Below, piece after piece: positions 37,118 through 50,407 of a stretch of DNA of 64,000 nt. The DNA comes from Verrucomicrobiota bacterium (lineage in GTDB: Bacteria; Verrucomicrobiota; Verrucomicrobiia; Opitutales; Coraliomargaritaceae): assembly GCA_039815375.1 (NCBI GenBank), contig JBCBZJ010000005.1, positions 64,001 through 128,000 of the forward strand. Direction: 5' to 3'. The notes below the pieces were generated by a model. It ran no database searches and had not been told where the DNA came from. It was given only the letters and a program-made list of their open reading frames with translations. Position 1 is the first letter of the stretch; every line of letters begins with the position of its first letter. Position numbers and translations under genes: made by a program.

Positions 37118-39829
37118 GTGCCCGTTCCCCCAATAGATTCCACGAAGATGATGCTCCCCGATGCCTTTCCTTGGGGAATCGCTACGATTGGAGCTGATGG
37201 TGCGGTGCTGTCAACGAATGCGCACATGCAAACGCTCTACGGATGTGAAGAGGGAGTGCCTTTTGATAGTATATTCCACCTAAGCAGTGAGTCGTGTTGG
37301 CAAGGTCTATTCTCGAGATTAGCTCTTGGTGAGACATGGACCGGGCGCATCTATCCAGTCTACAAGAAACAGGGCATTGCGTCGGTCGAAGTAATGATGC
37401 AACGAGATCCGGATAAGAAGGGCCTGCTCTGGCTTTATACTTTGGAGCATCCCAAGGTAAACGGAGCGGTGCGCTTCAGTAGCCGTAGTGAGCTACAAAT
37501 GCTGCGTGTCCTTTTGGACAATACCTTGGAATACGTCTTTTTCCGAGATATGGATGGGCATTTTATTCTGACTAATCAGGCGTTTCGGATGGCTGTGTCT
37601 GACGAGGAAAAGTCGCCAGGGGTAGATTATCTCTTTGATGATTTTGTCTCCGCAGAGAGTGCGAACTGGCTGCGTGAGCTCGACCGGGAAGTCCTTTCCT
37701 CGAGCCGTCCTGTTGTGAATCTGGTGTCCCGCGTGACCTTTAACAGCGGACTGGACCATTGGTTGCAGCTCTCCACCGTTCCGGTGCGGAACGGTGAAGG
37801 CGAAATGATCGGGCTACTTAGTGTCGCCCGCGATATAAGCGAGTTAAAGCGAACGGAGAAAGAACTGCGCTACGCGATCGACCAAGCGAAGGAGGCCAGT
37901 CGGTCGAAGGGAGAGTTTCTTGCTGCCATGAGCCATGAAATTCGCACCCCGATCAATGGCATCATCGGTGCCTCAGAGCTTTGTCAGGAGACACGGCTTG
38001 ATGCAGAACAACGCGGTTATCTCGACACGATCATTCAATGTGGAGGCACTTTGTTGGCGTTGGTGAACGACGTTCTCGACTTCTCCAAGATTGAGGCCGG
38101 CCAGCTAAGTCTGGAGAAGCTGAACTTTTCGCCTCGTTCCTTGATGGAAAATGTAGCCGAAGGTTTTGTGCAGGAGATTCGGAAGAAGGGGATCGAGCTG
38201 ATTACCGCTTACGACGACGATTTACCTCCCTATTTGATGGGAGATCCAACCCGGCTGAAACAGATTCTCTACAACCTCATCGGCAATGCGGTTAAGTTCA
38301 CCGAAGCCGGAGAGATTGTCATGCGTGCGAAGACGAAAACCCTCACGGATGATCAGGCCAAAGTTGAGTTTTCCGTTAGCGATACCGGCATCGGCATTTC
38401 CGAAGCTCGGCAGGATGCCATATTCCTCAGCTTCACTCAGGCAGATATGTCGACCACACGTAAATACGGTGGTACTGGCTTAGGCCTTTCCATCTGCCGG
38501 GAGCTCGTCAACCTCATGGAAGGTGATATCTCTGTTACCAGCACGATTGGAAAGGGCTCAACTTTCAAATTCGAAGTCACATTCGATGTAACGGTTCATC
38601 CCGGCGTTGAGGCAATTCCTTTTAACCCCGAGCTTGCAGGTCTGCGCGTGCTCATCGTCGATGACAATTCGACCAACCGAGATATCTACAGGCAAATGTG
38701 TGCGGGCTGGGGCTATCGCAGCGTGACCGCAAAAGATGGGATGACGGCACTTACCAAACTGGAGGATGCTGTGCGCGACGATGATGTCTTTGCTCTCGTC
38801 ATTCTCGACCAACAAATGCCGGGACTTACCGGCCTGGATCTTGCCAGCTTGATCAAGTCACGGCCCGACTTGCGAAAGACCGAGCTGCTTATGCTTTCTT
38901 CTTCGCTCGATCGTCAGGAGTCGCTCCGGGCAACCGAGATTGGCATAGCCCGCGCGCTTTCCAAGCCAGTTAAACGTAATACCTTACTGGAAGTCATTTT
39001 AGAGACCTTTGGGATCCATAGCGCAGAGGGGGTAAAGGCTGATGATAAACCCAAGGCATTTTTGGATGAAGACATCCCTTTGAGCGTTTTGCTAGTCGAG
39101 GACAATCCTGTTAACCAAACGGTTGCGACAAAGCGCCTGAAGAAGCTGGGGCATGATGTCACACTTGCCGAGGATGGGTATCAGGCGGTAGAGCTAACGA
39201 AAAAACATCGTTTTGACAGTATTCTCATGGACATTCAGATGCCGGGTATGGATGGTTACGAGGCAACTGCCATGATCCGTAGGCATGAAAAGGAGAATGA
39301 TCTGGCACACCACCATATTATTGCAATGACAGCACACGCTATGAAGGGAGACGAGGAGCGTTGTCTGGAGGCAGGAATGGATGATTATATCTCCAAGCCA
39401 TTCAACGTGGAGCGACTGAAACAACTACTTCAATCTGCGGTCACCGCGCAAAGGACCGGGGTGCTGCACAAAAGCTCGCATCAGAGTTTTTCAGATTTCC
39501 TGGGATCACTCAATAGCGAGGACCGAGAAGATGTGCTCGCCGCCGCCCAAATCTTCCTGAAGACCTTTCCTGATGATCTCGATAAGCTAAAAGAAGCTGC
39601 GGAGCAGCAAAATTACGAACAAGTTCACTTTGTCACTCATAACTTGAAGAGTGTTGCGGGTATTTTTGGCAACCAAGACTGTGTTTCGCTGGCAATCAAT
39701 CTTGAGCATGCCTGTAACCAGAGAAAAGAATCTGACATGAGAGGCTACTCTAAGGAATTTATAGCTGCTATGCAGTTGCTTTCGCAGGAGGTCGGTGCCG
39801 AACTCCATGAAGTAGAGGAAGAAGCGTAG
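37118..39829 (+). CDS. Soluble hybrid sensor histidine kinase (PAS-HisKA-HATPase-REC-REC-HPt)
   Basis: [30 protein letters not shown], two receiver Asp motifs (LDQQMP, MDIQMP), HPt HNLKS. No TM segment. Confidence 0.95.
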   Translation: MPVPPIDSTKMMLPDAFPWGIATIGADGAVLSTNAHMQTLYGCEEGVPFDSIFHLSSESCWQGLFSRLALGETWTGRIYPVYKKQGIASVEVMMQRDPDKKGLLWLYTLEHPKVNGAVRFSSRSELQMLRVLLDNTLEYVFFRDMDGHFILTNQAFRMAVSDEEKSPGVDYLFDDFVSAESANWLRELDREVLSSSRPVVNLVSRVTFNSGLDHWLQLSTVPVRNGEGEMIGLLSVARDISELKRTEKELRYAIDQAKEASRSKGEFLAAMSHEIRTPINGIIGASELCQETRLDAEQRGYLDTIIQCGGTLLALVNDVLDFSKIEAGQLSLEKLNFSPRSLMENVAEGFVQEIRKKGIELITAYDDDLPPYLMGDPTRLKQILYNLIGNAVKFTEAGEIVMRAKTKTLTDDQAKVEFSVSDTGIGISEARQDAIFLSFTQADMSTTRKYGGTGLGLSICRELVNLMEGDISVTSTIGKGSTFKFEVTFDVTVHPGVEAIPFNPELAGLRVLIVDDNSTNRDIYRQMCAGWGYRSVTAKDGMTALTKLEDAVRDDDVFALVILDQQMPGLTGLDLASLIKSRPDLRKTELLMLSSSLDRQESLRATEIGIARALSKPVKRNTLLEVILETFGIHSAEGVKADDKPKAFLDEDIPLSVLLVEDNPVNQTVATKRLKKLGHDVTLAEDGYQAVELTKKHRFDSILMDIQMPGMDGYEATAMIRRHEKENDLAHHHIIAMTAHAMKGDEERCLEAGMDDYISKPFNVERLKQLLQSAVTAQRTGVLHKSSHQSFSDFLGSLNSEDREDVLAAAQIFLKTFPDDLDKLKEAAEQQNYEQVHFVTHNLKSVAGIFGNQDCVSLAINLEHACNQRKESDMRGYSKEFIAAMQLLSQEVGAELHEVEEEA

Positions 39830-39888
39830 AAAATTTCCCCTTTTGCCTTTTGCATTTTGGGATTTTTCCGCCTTAACTCCGCTTCCTT

Positions 39889-40371
39889 ATGAGTTCCGTC
39901 CTAAAGCTGCTCCTCGAAGGTGAGCGTCTCGATACTGCGCAAATGGCGCAAGTGCTCGGCATGTCCGAGACTGATATCGAGGCCGAAATTGCACGCCTCG
40001 AAGCCGAGGGTATTCTCCTCGGCTGGCGTCCTGTTCTGAATTCGGAACGAGCGCAGGAGAATATCGTTCGAGCGGTTATCGAGGTCAAGATCAGCCCGGA
40101 ACGTGATGGCGGTTTCGACCGTTTAGCCACGCGTATTGCACGTTTTGATGCAGTCGAGTCCTGCTACCTCATGTCCGGTGGTTACGATCTTTTGATCTTC
40201 GCCACGGGTAAGGACCTGCGCGATGTGGCGACGTTTGTATCTGAGCGACTGGCTAGTGTCGAAGGCGTCCTTTCGACTGCGACACACTTCATGCTTCGGG
40301 CTTACAAGGAGCAGGGGCACCTCTTGCTATCTTCAAACGAGAGCAGCGATAAACCAGCCGTAAGTCCGTAA
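39889..40371 (+). CDS. Lrp/AsnC-family transcriptional regulator
   Basis: N-terminal HTH; YLMSGGYDL and TATHF, as in the YugG-type subfamily. Confidence 0.9.
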   Translation: MSSVLKLLLEGERLDTAQMAQVLGMSETDIEAEIARLEAEGILLGWRPVLNSERAQENIVRAVIEVKISPERDGGFDRLATRIARFDAVESCYLMSGGYDLLIFATGKDLRDVATFVSERLASVEGVLSTATHFMLRAYKEQGHLLLSSNESSDKPAVSP

Positions 40372-41543
40372 TGAGCGAGCCTGGTCAACAATTTGTGGCA
40401 GACCATGTATCCGGTTTGCCTCGCTCTGGTATTCGCGATTTTTTTGCTATCGTGCAGGCCATGCCGCAGGCGATCTCGCTTGGTATCGGTGAGCCCGACT
40501 TCGTCACACCCTGGCATATCCGCGAGGCAGCGATCTTTGCGCTCGAAAAAGGAAAGACCAGTTACACGGACAATCTCGGGCTGATTCGCTTGCGTCGTGA
40601 GATCAGCACTTACGTTGAGAACAACTTCGGCATCAGCTACCACCCGGAAAAAGAAGTGCTGGTTGCGGTGGGTGTTTCAGAAGCTTTGGACATTGCACTA
40701 CGCGCTGTCTTGAATCCCGGTGATAAAGTTATTTACCACGAGCCTTGCTACGTTTCTTACAGCCCGAGTATCAAGCTCGCTTACGCTGAGCCGATAGCGG
40801 TCGCCACCTCCGCCAAGGATGAGTTTGGTATTGATCCGGACCGCGTGATCGAAGCATGGGAGCCTGGCGTGAAAGTGCTTCTTCTCAACTTCCCAACGAA
40901 CCCGACCGGTGGTGTGACCGAAAAAAGCAAACTCGATAAGCTTGCCAAGTTTGCGGTGGAGAAAGATCTGCTTGTGATTAGCGATGAGATTTACTCGGAG
41001 CTGACTTTTGATGGCCAGCACACCAGTATTGCTTCACTCCCGGGCATGCAGGACCGCACGATTTTCCTGCATGGTTTCTCAAAAGCCTTTGCGATGACGG
41101 GTTTCCGCATCGGCTACGCATGCGGTCCCCAGGTTCTGATTGAAGCGATGATGAAGGTGCACCAATACAGTATGCTCTGCGCACCGATCCTGTCGCAGGA
41201 GTCAGCCATCGAGGCGCTGAAGAATGGTGCGCCTTCTGTTAAAAAGATGAAGGATGCATATCAGCGACGCCGTGACTTAATCGTTCGCCGCTTTAACGAG
41301 ATTGGTTTGGAATGTCATTTGCCGAAGGGCTCCTTCTATGCTTTTCCCTCAGTCCGGAATACTGGCCTAAGTTCGATGGACTTTTGTAAGGGCCTGCTCG
41401 AAAAGGAGGAAGTCGCGATTGTCCCGGGAACTGCTTTCGGTGAGTCCGGGGCAGGCTTCGCGCGGGCTAGTTTCTCTACAAGTTACGAACGCATTCTCGA
41501 AGCAACTAACCGTATTGACCGTTACGTTGATTCGTTGGAATGA
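40371..41543 (+). CDS. PLP-dependent aminotransferase class I/II (YugH/AlaT-like)
   Basis: LGIGEPDF, PTNPTG, SDEIYSEL, FSKAFAMTGFRIGY. Confidence 0.93.
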   Translation: MSEPGQQFVADHVSGLPRSGIRDFFAIVQAMPQAISLGIGEPDFVTPWHIREAAIFALEKGKTSYTDNLGLIRLRREISTYVENNFGISYHPEKEVLVAVGVSEALDIALRAVLNPGDKVIYHEPCYVSYSPSIKLAYAEPIAVATSAKDEFGIDPDRVIEAWEPGVKVLLLNFPTNPTGGVTEKSKLDKLAKFAVEKDLLVISDEIYSELTFDGQHTSIASLPGMQDRTIFLHGFSKAFAMTGFRIGYACGPQVLIEAMMKVHQYSMLCAPILSQESAIEALKNGAPSVKKMKDAYQRRRDLIVRRFNEIGLECHLPKGSFYAFPSVRNTGLSSMDFCKGLLEKEEVAIVPGTAFGESGAGFARASFSTSYERILEATNRIDRYVDSLE

Positions 41544-41634
41544 TGAAGCGGTTTTTTAATGCGCAGATTTGTTGCTTCTATCTGCGAAAGTCCGTGTAAT
41601 CTGCGGGTAGAAAAGTAACACTCTCGCCAAAGTT

Positions 41635-43185
41635 ATGATCGATCCGTCCAGAACCGTTGCCCTCGTCGGGCGTCCCAACGTGGGGAAGAGCCGTTTGTTC
41701 AATCGGCTTTGCGGACGGCGCTTATCCATCGTGCATGACATGCCGGGCGTGACGCGTGACCTCATCTCAGCAGAAGTGCACGACGATTATGTGCTGCTCG
41801 ACACAGGTGGTATTGGGATGGAGCTGGAAATGACGCCTAAGAAGATTGCAAATGCAGCGGAGGATCAGGTCGAATTTGCGATTCAGGCTGCCAGTGTGAT
41901 TCTCTTCGTGGTTGATGTGCGCAGTGGCATCACTGCGCTTGATGAGATAGTGGCAGAAAAGCTTCGCCGCTACGGCAAGCAGGTTATACTTGTTGCCAAT
42001 AAGGTGGACTCGGAAGACGAATCTACTTCTGCAGACGAGTTTAATCGTCTTGGCTTGGGCTGGCCTTATGCAGTCTCGGCTGAGCATGGTCGTGGCATTA
42101 CTGACCTTAACAAAGCGATCGAAGAGATGCTCGGGCCAAAGCCCGAAGGTTCCGAAACGGATAAAGAAAAGCGTATTCGTATCTCCCTGATTGGGCGCCC
42201 GAATGTCGGTAAGTCCTCGATCGGCAACCGTTTGCTCGATTCAAACCGACTGATCGTTAGTGACGTGCCAGGCACGACTCGTGACTCCGTAGAGCTCGAT
42301 CTCGACTACCAGCATCCGGATGGCGAGCTGCTGAAGTTTCGGCTTGCTGACACCGCTGGTCTACGAATGAAACGCAAGGTCGATAGTCCGGTCGAATATT
42401 TCTCGGGTGTCCGCACGCAGCATGCGATGGAACGCTCCGATGTGGTCTTTCTGGTCATCGATGCCGTCGATGGTGTGACAAAGCAGGATCAGTCTCTGGC
42501 AGGTGAAGTACTTGATACGGGTAAGGCGCTCATTGTTGTCGTCAACAAATGGGATCTTATTATCGAGCGTTGGGAAGAGGAGCCGATCGAAGGCTATAAG
42601 AACCTGAAGCATTTCCTGAAGAGCTACGAAGAGTCACTCCGTAAGCAGATGTTTTTCCTGCCGGATCCGCCAGTGTTGTTTGTCTCGGCAATGACCGGAT
42701 TCAAAATCGAGTCATTGCTTGAGACCGCAGCCTCGGTTGAAGCGACACTCGATATGAAGCTTCCAACTGGTAAGCTTAATAATGTAATTCATGGACTATT
42801 TGAGGCGCGTTCACCTAAGCTTGTCGGCACCAAACGGTTTAAAGTCTTTTATTCGGTCCAGGTTGATTCACGTCCACTAAGGATTCGTTTCTATTGCAAT
42901 CGCGTCGAACGTCTCGACCCCGGTTACCGGCGTTATTTGGAGAAGGCGATCATCCACGAGTTCAGGTTGAGCGGCTGTCCCGTGCGCTTCGAGCTTGTCG
43001 GAAAAGATAAACGCTACGAGGGTGGGGAAGGTGAACTTGCTCCACGCCAGAGCGATACGATTCAGAACAAGAATCGCGTTCGCAAGATGGGTGAGGATGC
43101 GGCCCAGCTCGACCGCAAGCATCCTGAGCGCCGAAAGAGAATTACCCAAAGCAAAGCAGCCCACAACCGCGGCAAAATGCGATAA
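41635..43185 (+). CDS. der: Ribosome biogenesis GTPase Der/EngA
   Basis: Two GRPNVGKS G-domains, DTGG/DTAG, NKVD/NKWD, KH-like C-domain and a basic tail. Confidence 0.96.
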   Translation: MIDPSRTVALVGRPNVGKSRLFNRLCGRRLSIVHDMPGVTRDLISAEVHDDYVLLDTGGIGMELEMTPKKIANAAEDQVEFAIQAASVILFVVDVRSGITALDEIVAEKLRRYGKQVILVANKVDSEDESTSADEFNRLGLGWPYAVSAEHGRGITDLNKAIEEMLGPKPEGSETDKEKRIRISLIGRPNVGKSSIGNRLLDSNRLIVSDVPGTTRDSVELDLDYQHPDGELLKFRLADTAGLRMKRKVDSPVEYFSGVRTQHAMERSDVVFLVIDAVDGVTKQDQSLAGEVLDTGKALIVVVNKWDLIIERWEEEPIEGYKNLKHFLKSYEESLRKQMFFLPDPPVLFVSAMTGFKIESLLETAASVEATLDMKLPTGKLNNVIHGLFEARSPKLVGTKRFKVFYSVQVDSRPLRIRFYCNRVERLDPGYRRYLEKAIIHEFRLSGCPVRFELVGKDKRYEGGEGELAPRQSDTIQNKNRVRKMGEDAAQLDRKHPERRKRITQSKAAHNRGKMR

Positions 43186-43217
43186 GACTGCTTATATTTT
43201 TCCAACCAGATTCACAA

Positions 43218-44078
43218 ATGAAAAGATCTCTACCCAAAGTGAAACGCCTGGAAGTAAAGGATGAGAGCAAGAAACGGATTCCATTCATCTTCTTGTTCTT
43301 CTCGGGTGTGGCCGTGCTCTTAGTCGTCTTTGCGGCCTATACAGTATTCCGTTCGGAGCCGGCCAGAGAGGTGACTCCGTTACAGGCGGAGCTCAAGCCA
43401 CAGCGCAATTTAGAGGAGCTTGTTGATAAGCAAGTCTTCAAGCGGGCCTATATCGAAGCAAATGGTGGTTTTAATCATCTGCAGAATTTGACCACCTTAA
43501 AAATGAACGGGAGATTGAGGTTGAAGGACGATGACGTTGATTTCGACTTCTTCATTCTAAAGAGACGGCCCGACATGATGTTAATGACTTATAAGTTCGG
43601 GGCCTATGACCTTACTTATGGCAGCAAAGATGGAAAATTCTGGATGCGCCAATCCTATCCGGAGAAGCCGGATAAAATCACTGATGTGTCAGAGGAAAAA
43701 CAAGCCAATCTTGCTCCTTCGATTAATATGTTCGGTCCGTTGCTTAGCGCCTATCTCGATCAATCAGATTCTATCGAGTCGATCGAATTGGCGGATTGGG
43801 AAGGTCACGCTTGTTTGCATATCGTAATGAAAAGTCTGGATGACGGTAGCACTACTGAACTCTACGTTGATGGGGATAGTCTTCAGATTTTAGTTCAAAT
43901 CGTAGGACTTGCATCCGGAGAGACTACTATGATGACTTTTTCCGATTATGTTCATGTCAATAAAGTGAACATACCATTTACTTCTGTGTTAGAAAAAGGC
44001 GGTAAAGAAATTAATCGGATATTTCTGGATAGCGTGCAGTTTAATGTTGGTGCAAGCTCGTCGCTTTTTGAAAATTAG
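43218..44078 (+). CDS. Membrane-anchored hypothetical protein (LolA-like beta fold possible)
   Basis: Single TM helix, then AYIEANGG..LQNLTTLKMNG and FSDY..VN..IPF patterns. Confidence 0.7.
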   Translation: MKRSLPKVKRLEVKDESKKRIPFIFLFFSGVAVLLVVFAAYTVFRSEPAREVTPLQAELKPQRNLEELVDKQVFKRAYIEANGGFNHLQNLTTLKMNGRLRLKDDDVDFDFFILKRRPDMMLMTYKFGAYDLTYGSKDGKFWMRQSYPEKPDKITDVSEEKQANLAPSINMFGPLLSAYLDQSDSIESIELADWEGHACLHIVMKSLDDGSTTELYVDGDSLQILVQIVGLASGETTMMTFSDYVHVNKVNIPFTSVLEKGGKEINRIFLDSVQFNVGASSSLFEN

Positions 44079-44201
44079 TTCCAGTTGTCATTTTGGTGTT
44101 CGGGGTTTCACTTTAATTCGAATCAGACTGTTGGAGTAGAGCTTTGCAGTGACCAGAGTGAGCAAAGATCCGATTAGGTAGTGCTTGCTAAGAATGCTTT
44201 T

Positions 44202-44474
44202 TCAGTAAGCCCCCACATAGAGATTCAGTGTTTCTCTATCGTAGGTGATCGCAGTGAAATGCCATCGCTTATTATTGAGATAGGTTGTCGAAATTGCCTT
44301 GTGGAACTGGTCATCGAAAAGTCCCCGCTTTGGCTTAACCGCAAGCTGAACGAATGCTGATTGAGCTGCTTCCTGAGCGTCTTCTTTGTCTTGGAGTATG
44401 CGGTAAGACACAGACATAACAAAAGGGCTGTATTTTTCTATCAACCGTGTAAAGCTTGCCTGCCTGTGTGCCAA
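44202..44474 (-). pseudogene. Remnant: ECF sigma region-2 fragment joined to a LamG-like fragment
   Basis: FTRLIEKYSPFVMSVSYRILQDKEDAQEAAQSAFVQL followed by LNNKRWHFTAITYDRETLNLYV. Confidence 0.55.
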
Positions 44475-44603
44475 ATTTGGTAAATTAGCAGAGAAGGTCG
44501 AAGTCAGTATCTGAATGCGTATTCACGGATCGGTTCAATGGTATGCTTGCCCATAGTCCCGACGCAAACCTCCACCTTCACACATAAAATAGAAAAAACG
44601 GGT

Positions 44604-46028
<1,425 letters not shown>

Positions 46029-46037
46029 GTGTTGCTT

Positions 46038-46070
46038 ATAAAAAAGGCAACGGCGCAAACCGTTGCCTTT
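46038..46070 (-). terminator. Intrinsic terminator between the ACP and oxidoreductase genes
   Basis: Perfect 11-bp stem AAAGGCAACGG/CCGTTGCCTTT with a 6-nt loop and a T-run on the minus strand. Confidence 0.8.
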
Positions 46071-46090
46071 AGCTAAAAAAACTACTGCGA

Positions 46091-46342
46091 CTACTTTTCG
46101 TTGAATTTCGGAGTGAGGTAGTTTGCGCAACTGTCGAGTGAGGCGAGCTCGGGGTAGTCGGCTTCCGGCACTTCGATACCGTGCTGTTTACGCAGTTCCA
46201 TTACAATATCGAGAAAGTCCATGGAATCGAGGTCCATTTGGTCGCGGAGGGCGACTTCGCTCTTCAGGTCAGAGGTGTCCTCGTCGGGAGCGATTTCGTT
46301 GATGATATCGATAACGATTTGTTTTACTTCGTTTTCTGTCAT
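46091..46342 (-). CDS. Acyl carrier protein (non-AcpP subtype)
   Basis: 83 aa, acidic; DLDSMDFLDIVMEL phosphopantetheine site. Confidence 0.93.
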   Translation of the reverse strand: MTENEVKQIVIDIINEIAPDEDTSDLKSEVALRDQMDLDSMDFLDIVMELRKQHGIEVPEADYPELASLDSCANYLTPKFNEK

Positions 46343-46371
46343 TTTGGTAAATATAGTCGGTATGTCGGGGC

Positions 46372-47607
<1,236 letters not shown>

Positions 47608-47733
47608 GAATAAGCGATCATTCATAGCATTTCGAGCTACATGTCTGTCAACCTTCTAAACAAATTTGAATCAGGCAAAAATATCAGAGCATTTTGGTTT
47701 CGACACTCTCCATGGAGACAATAGGACCATTTT

Positions 47734-48723
47734 ATGAATGTCTTAGTTGTTGGAGGAGCTGGCTACATCGGTAGCCATTGCGTGCGTCAACTGTGTGCGG
47801 CTGGGCATCGTCCGATTGTTTTAGATAACCTTGTTTTTGGGCACCGCAAGGCGGTCGACCCTTCGATTCCTTTCTACGATGGAGACCTCGGCGACCCCGA
47901 AATCGTCGCTCCAATTCTGAAGACCGAATCCATCGACCTGGTCATGCATTTTGCGGCCTTCGCCTATGTCGGCGAATCCGTGACCGAGCCCCGTAAATAC
48001 TATCAGAACAACTTTGTTGCGACTCTCCGCCTGCTCGAGACCATGCTCGACAACGGAGTGACCAAGTTCGTCTTCTCCTCGACCTGTGCGACCTATGGCG
48101 AGCCCGAGAAGCTGCCTATAGTTGAGACGCTCGGTCAGGCGCCCATCAATCCCTACGGTCAAACCAAGCTCGATGTGGAGAACTGCCTCAAAGCCTTTGC
48201 TCACGCCTACGGCCTGAGCTTTGCAGCATTCCGCTATTTCAACGCAGCGGGCGCAGCCGAAGACGGCACTATCGGTGAAGACCATAATCCGGAAACGCAT
48301 CTTATACCTCTCGTCATCGATGCTGCAACCGGCCGCCGCGACAACATTAAGATCTTTGGCACTGATTACGAAACGCCTGACGGCACCTGCCTCCGCGACT
48401 ACGTCCATGTCGACGATCTTTCCCGCGCCCATATCGCGGTCTTTGACAAACTCGCCGAGCCGGGAGCACAGTATTTCTATAACCTCGGCACCGGCACACC
48501 GAATTCGGTGCGCGAGATTATCAATGCTGTGGAAGAAGTCACCGGCCTAAAGGTGCCTTTAATTGAGGACGCCCGCCGCGCTGGTGATCCACCAGCGCTT
48601 TACGCGGATTCCAGCAAGGCGCAGTCCGAGCTTGGCTGGGAGATTAAATATACTGATGTGAAAGATATCATCGCGACCGCCTGGAAGTGGCATGAAGCCA
48701 ATCCTGACGGCTACGGGGACTAA
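47734..48723 (+). CDS. galE: UDP-glucose 4-epimerase
   Basis: GGAGYIGSH, FSSTCATYG, PYGQTK, RYFNAAGA, RDYVHV. Confidence 0.95.
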   Translation: MNVLVVGGAGYIGSHCVRQLCAAGHRPIVLDNLVFGHRKAVDPSIPFYDGDLGDPEIVAPILKTESIDLVMHFAAFAYVGESVTEPRKYYQNNFVATLRLLETMLDNGVTKFVFSSTCATYGEPEKLPIVETLGQAPINPYGQTKLDVENCLKAFAHAYGLSFAAFRYFNAAGAAEDGTIGEDHNPETHLIPLVIDAATGRRDNIKIFGTDYETPDGTCLRDYVHVDDLSRAHIAVFDKLAEPGAQYFYNLGTGTPNSVREIINAVEEVTGLKVPLIEDARRAGDPPALYADSSKAQSELGWEIKYTDVKDIIATAWKWHEANPDGYGD

Positions 48724-48879
48724 ACGAGACTACTTTATTTTTCTGAGGACCATTTTGGGGGTCCTTGCTACCTTTCTCGCTGCCTACTCGCTTTGTGCGG
48801 ACGAAGAGAATTCGTTTTTCGGGTTCATGGGAATTGGGCTGCTTTAATTCCACTTAACCCGGATTCGACTAGGAGGTGC

Positions 48880-50361
48880 CTAAGATTGACTCAAAAATTC
48901 GACAAGGCGCTCGGCAGTGAGTAAACCGATGCCGTCGAGTTCGGTGAGTTGTTCCACTGTGGCTGCACGTAGTTTCTGGAGCGAGCCGAAGTGATGCAGA
49001 AGTTGACTTTTGCGCTCTTGGCCAAGTCCTTTGAAGTCGTCGAGGATTGATTCTTTCAGACGCTTGCTCCGTAGTTCCGCGTTGAAGGTGTTGGCAAAGT
49101 GGTGGGCTTCGTCACGGATGTGTTGGAGGAGACGCAGGGCTGGGTCGTTTCGTTTCAGGTTGAGCGGATCACGGCCATCACTAAAGATGATCGTCTCGTT
49201 TTTCTTCGCCAGTCCGATAAGTTCGGGTGGTTCCAGCCCCTGCGAAAGAAAGGCCCTCAGGGCGGCTGTCACTTGCCCGGCGCCTCCGTCGATTACGATC
49301 AGATCCGGAAAGGCTTTGCCTTCGTCGGAGAGCCGACGGTAGCGACGGCCGACGACTTCTTCCATTGCTCGGAAATCGTCATTCCCGATAAAGGATTTGA
49401 TCTTGAATCGTCGGTAGCTCTTCCGGTCGGGGCGGGCATTTTTGAAGGCGACCATAGAAGCGACGCAAAAACTCCCTGAGATGTGGGAAATATCGAAACA
49501 CTCCATCCGCTTCGGGAGCGCACCCAGCTTGAGCTTCTTTCGGATACTTTCGATCACTTGACTGTCATTTTGGGTGTAAACCATGTTGCGCTCGAATTTA
49601 CGTGTGCGCGCAGTGGTTTGTTCCAATGCAGAGATCCGGTCGCGGATCGAGGCGGCTTCTTCGTAGTTCCGCTTCTCTGCGGCGAGCTTCATCTGCTCCT
49701 TGAGCTCGACCAGCCATTCACGCGCCTTGCCTTCCAGAAATTCGCAGGCCGCTTCCATACGTTTCTGATACTCCTGCTCTGTGATTTCGTTGGAGTGCTC
49801 GTAGATTTCCTGTCGCGCATCGTCGTAGAGTCGCCAGACTCCGTTGCCGAGCTCCACCGGCTTGGCATCGTTCAAGAGGATGCCGAATTCGCGTCGCAGC
49901 TCCGCGAGTGTTTTTCGTAGATGGCCCGAATGCGCGAACGGTCCATAGTAGCGCGAGCTGCTGTCGGTCCGGTTGCGGGTAAGCCGAAAGCGCGGCAAGG
50001 TCTCACGCAAGTCGACGCGGACAAGAAGAAAGCGTTTGTCGTCGGTAAAGTCAGTGTTGTAGCGTGGCTTATATTTCTTGATCAGCTGGCCTTCAAGAAG
50101 CAGTGCTTCAGCCTCAGACTTGACAAGTATTGTCTCGAAATCATGGATTAGATCGATCATCGCCTTCACTTTTGGTTGGGCGATGGCCATTTTCCTGGAA
50201 GCCTGAAAATAGGTGGATACGCGTTTCTTCAGATCTTTAGCTTTTCCCACGTAGATCGTTTGTCCGAGACGATCTTTCATTAGATAGACCCCGGGTTTGT
50301 GCGGTAGACGCCGCACATGTTCCTTCAGCTTGCTTAAGATATTTTCGCCTATGTCTGGCAT
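48880..50361 (-). CDS. uvrC: Excinuclease ABC subunit C (short form)
   Basis: PGVYLM..IYVGKAKDL, UVR motif, ECFDISH, DLIVIDGG, IRDEAH, HhH tail. Confidence 0.94.
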   Translation of the reverse strand: MPDIGENILSKLKEHVRRLPHKPGVYLMKDRLGQTIYVGKAKDLKKRVSTYFQASRKMAIAQPKVKAMIDLIHDFETILVKSEAEALLLEGQLIKKYKPRYNTDFTDDKRFLLVRVDLRETLPRFRLTRNRTDSSSRYYGPFAHSGHLRKTLAELRREFGILLNDAKPVELGNGVWRLYDDARQEIYEHSNEITEQEYQKRMEAACEFLEGKAREWLVELKEQMKLAAEKRNYEEAASIRDRISALEQTTARTRKFERNMVYTQNDSQVIESIRKKLKLGALPKRMECFDISHISGSFCVASMVAFKNARPDRKSYRRFKIKSFIGNDDFRAMEEVVGRRYRRLSDEGKAFPDLIVIDGGAGQVTAALRAFLSQGLEPPELIGLAKKNETIIFSDGRDPLNLKRNDPALRLLQHIRDEAHHFANTFNAELRSKRLKESILDDFKGLGQERKSQLLHHFGSLQKLRAATVEQLTELDGIGLLTAERLVEFLSQS

Positions 50362-50407
50362 TTGTAACAATTTGGTGTAGCTTTTTCTGTTTTAGGCAAA
50401 CGAACTG

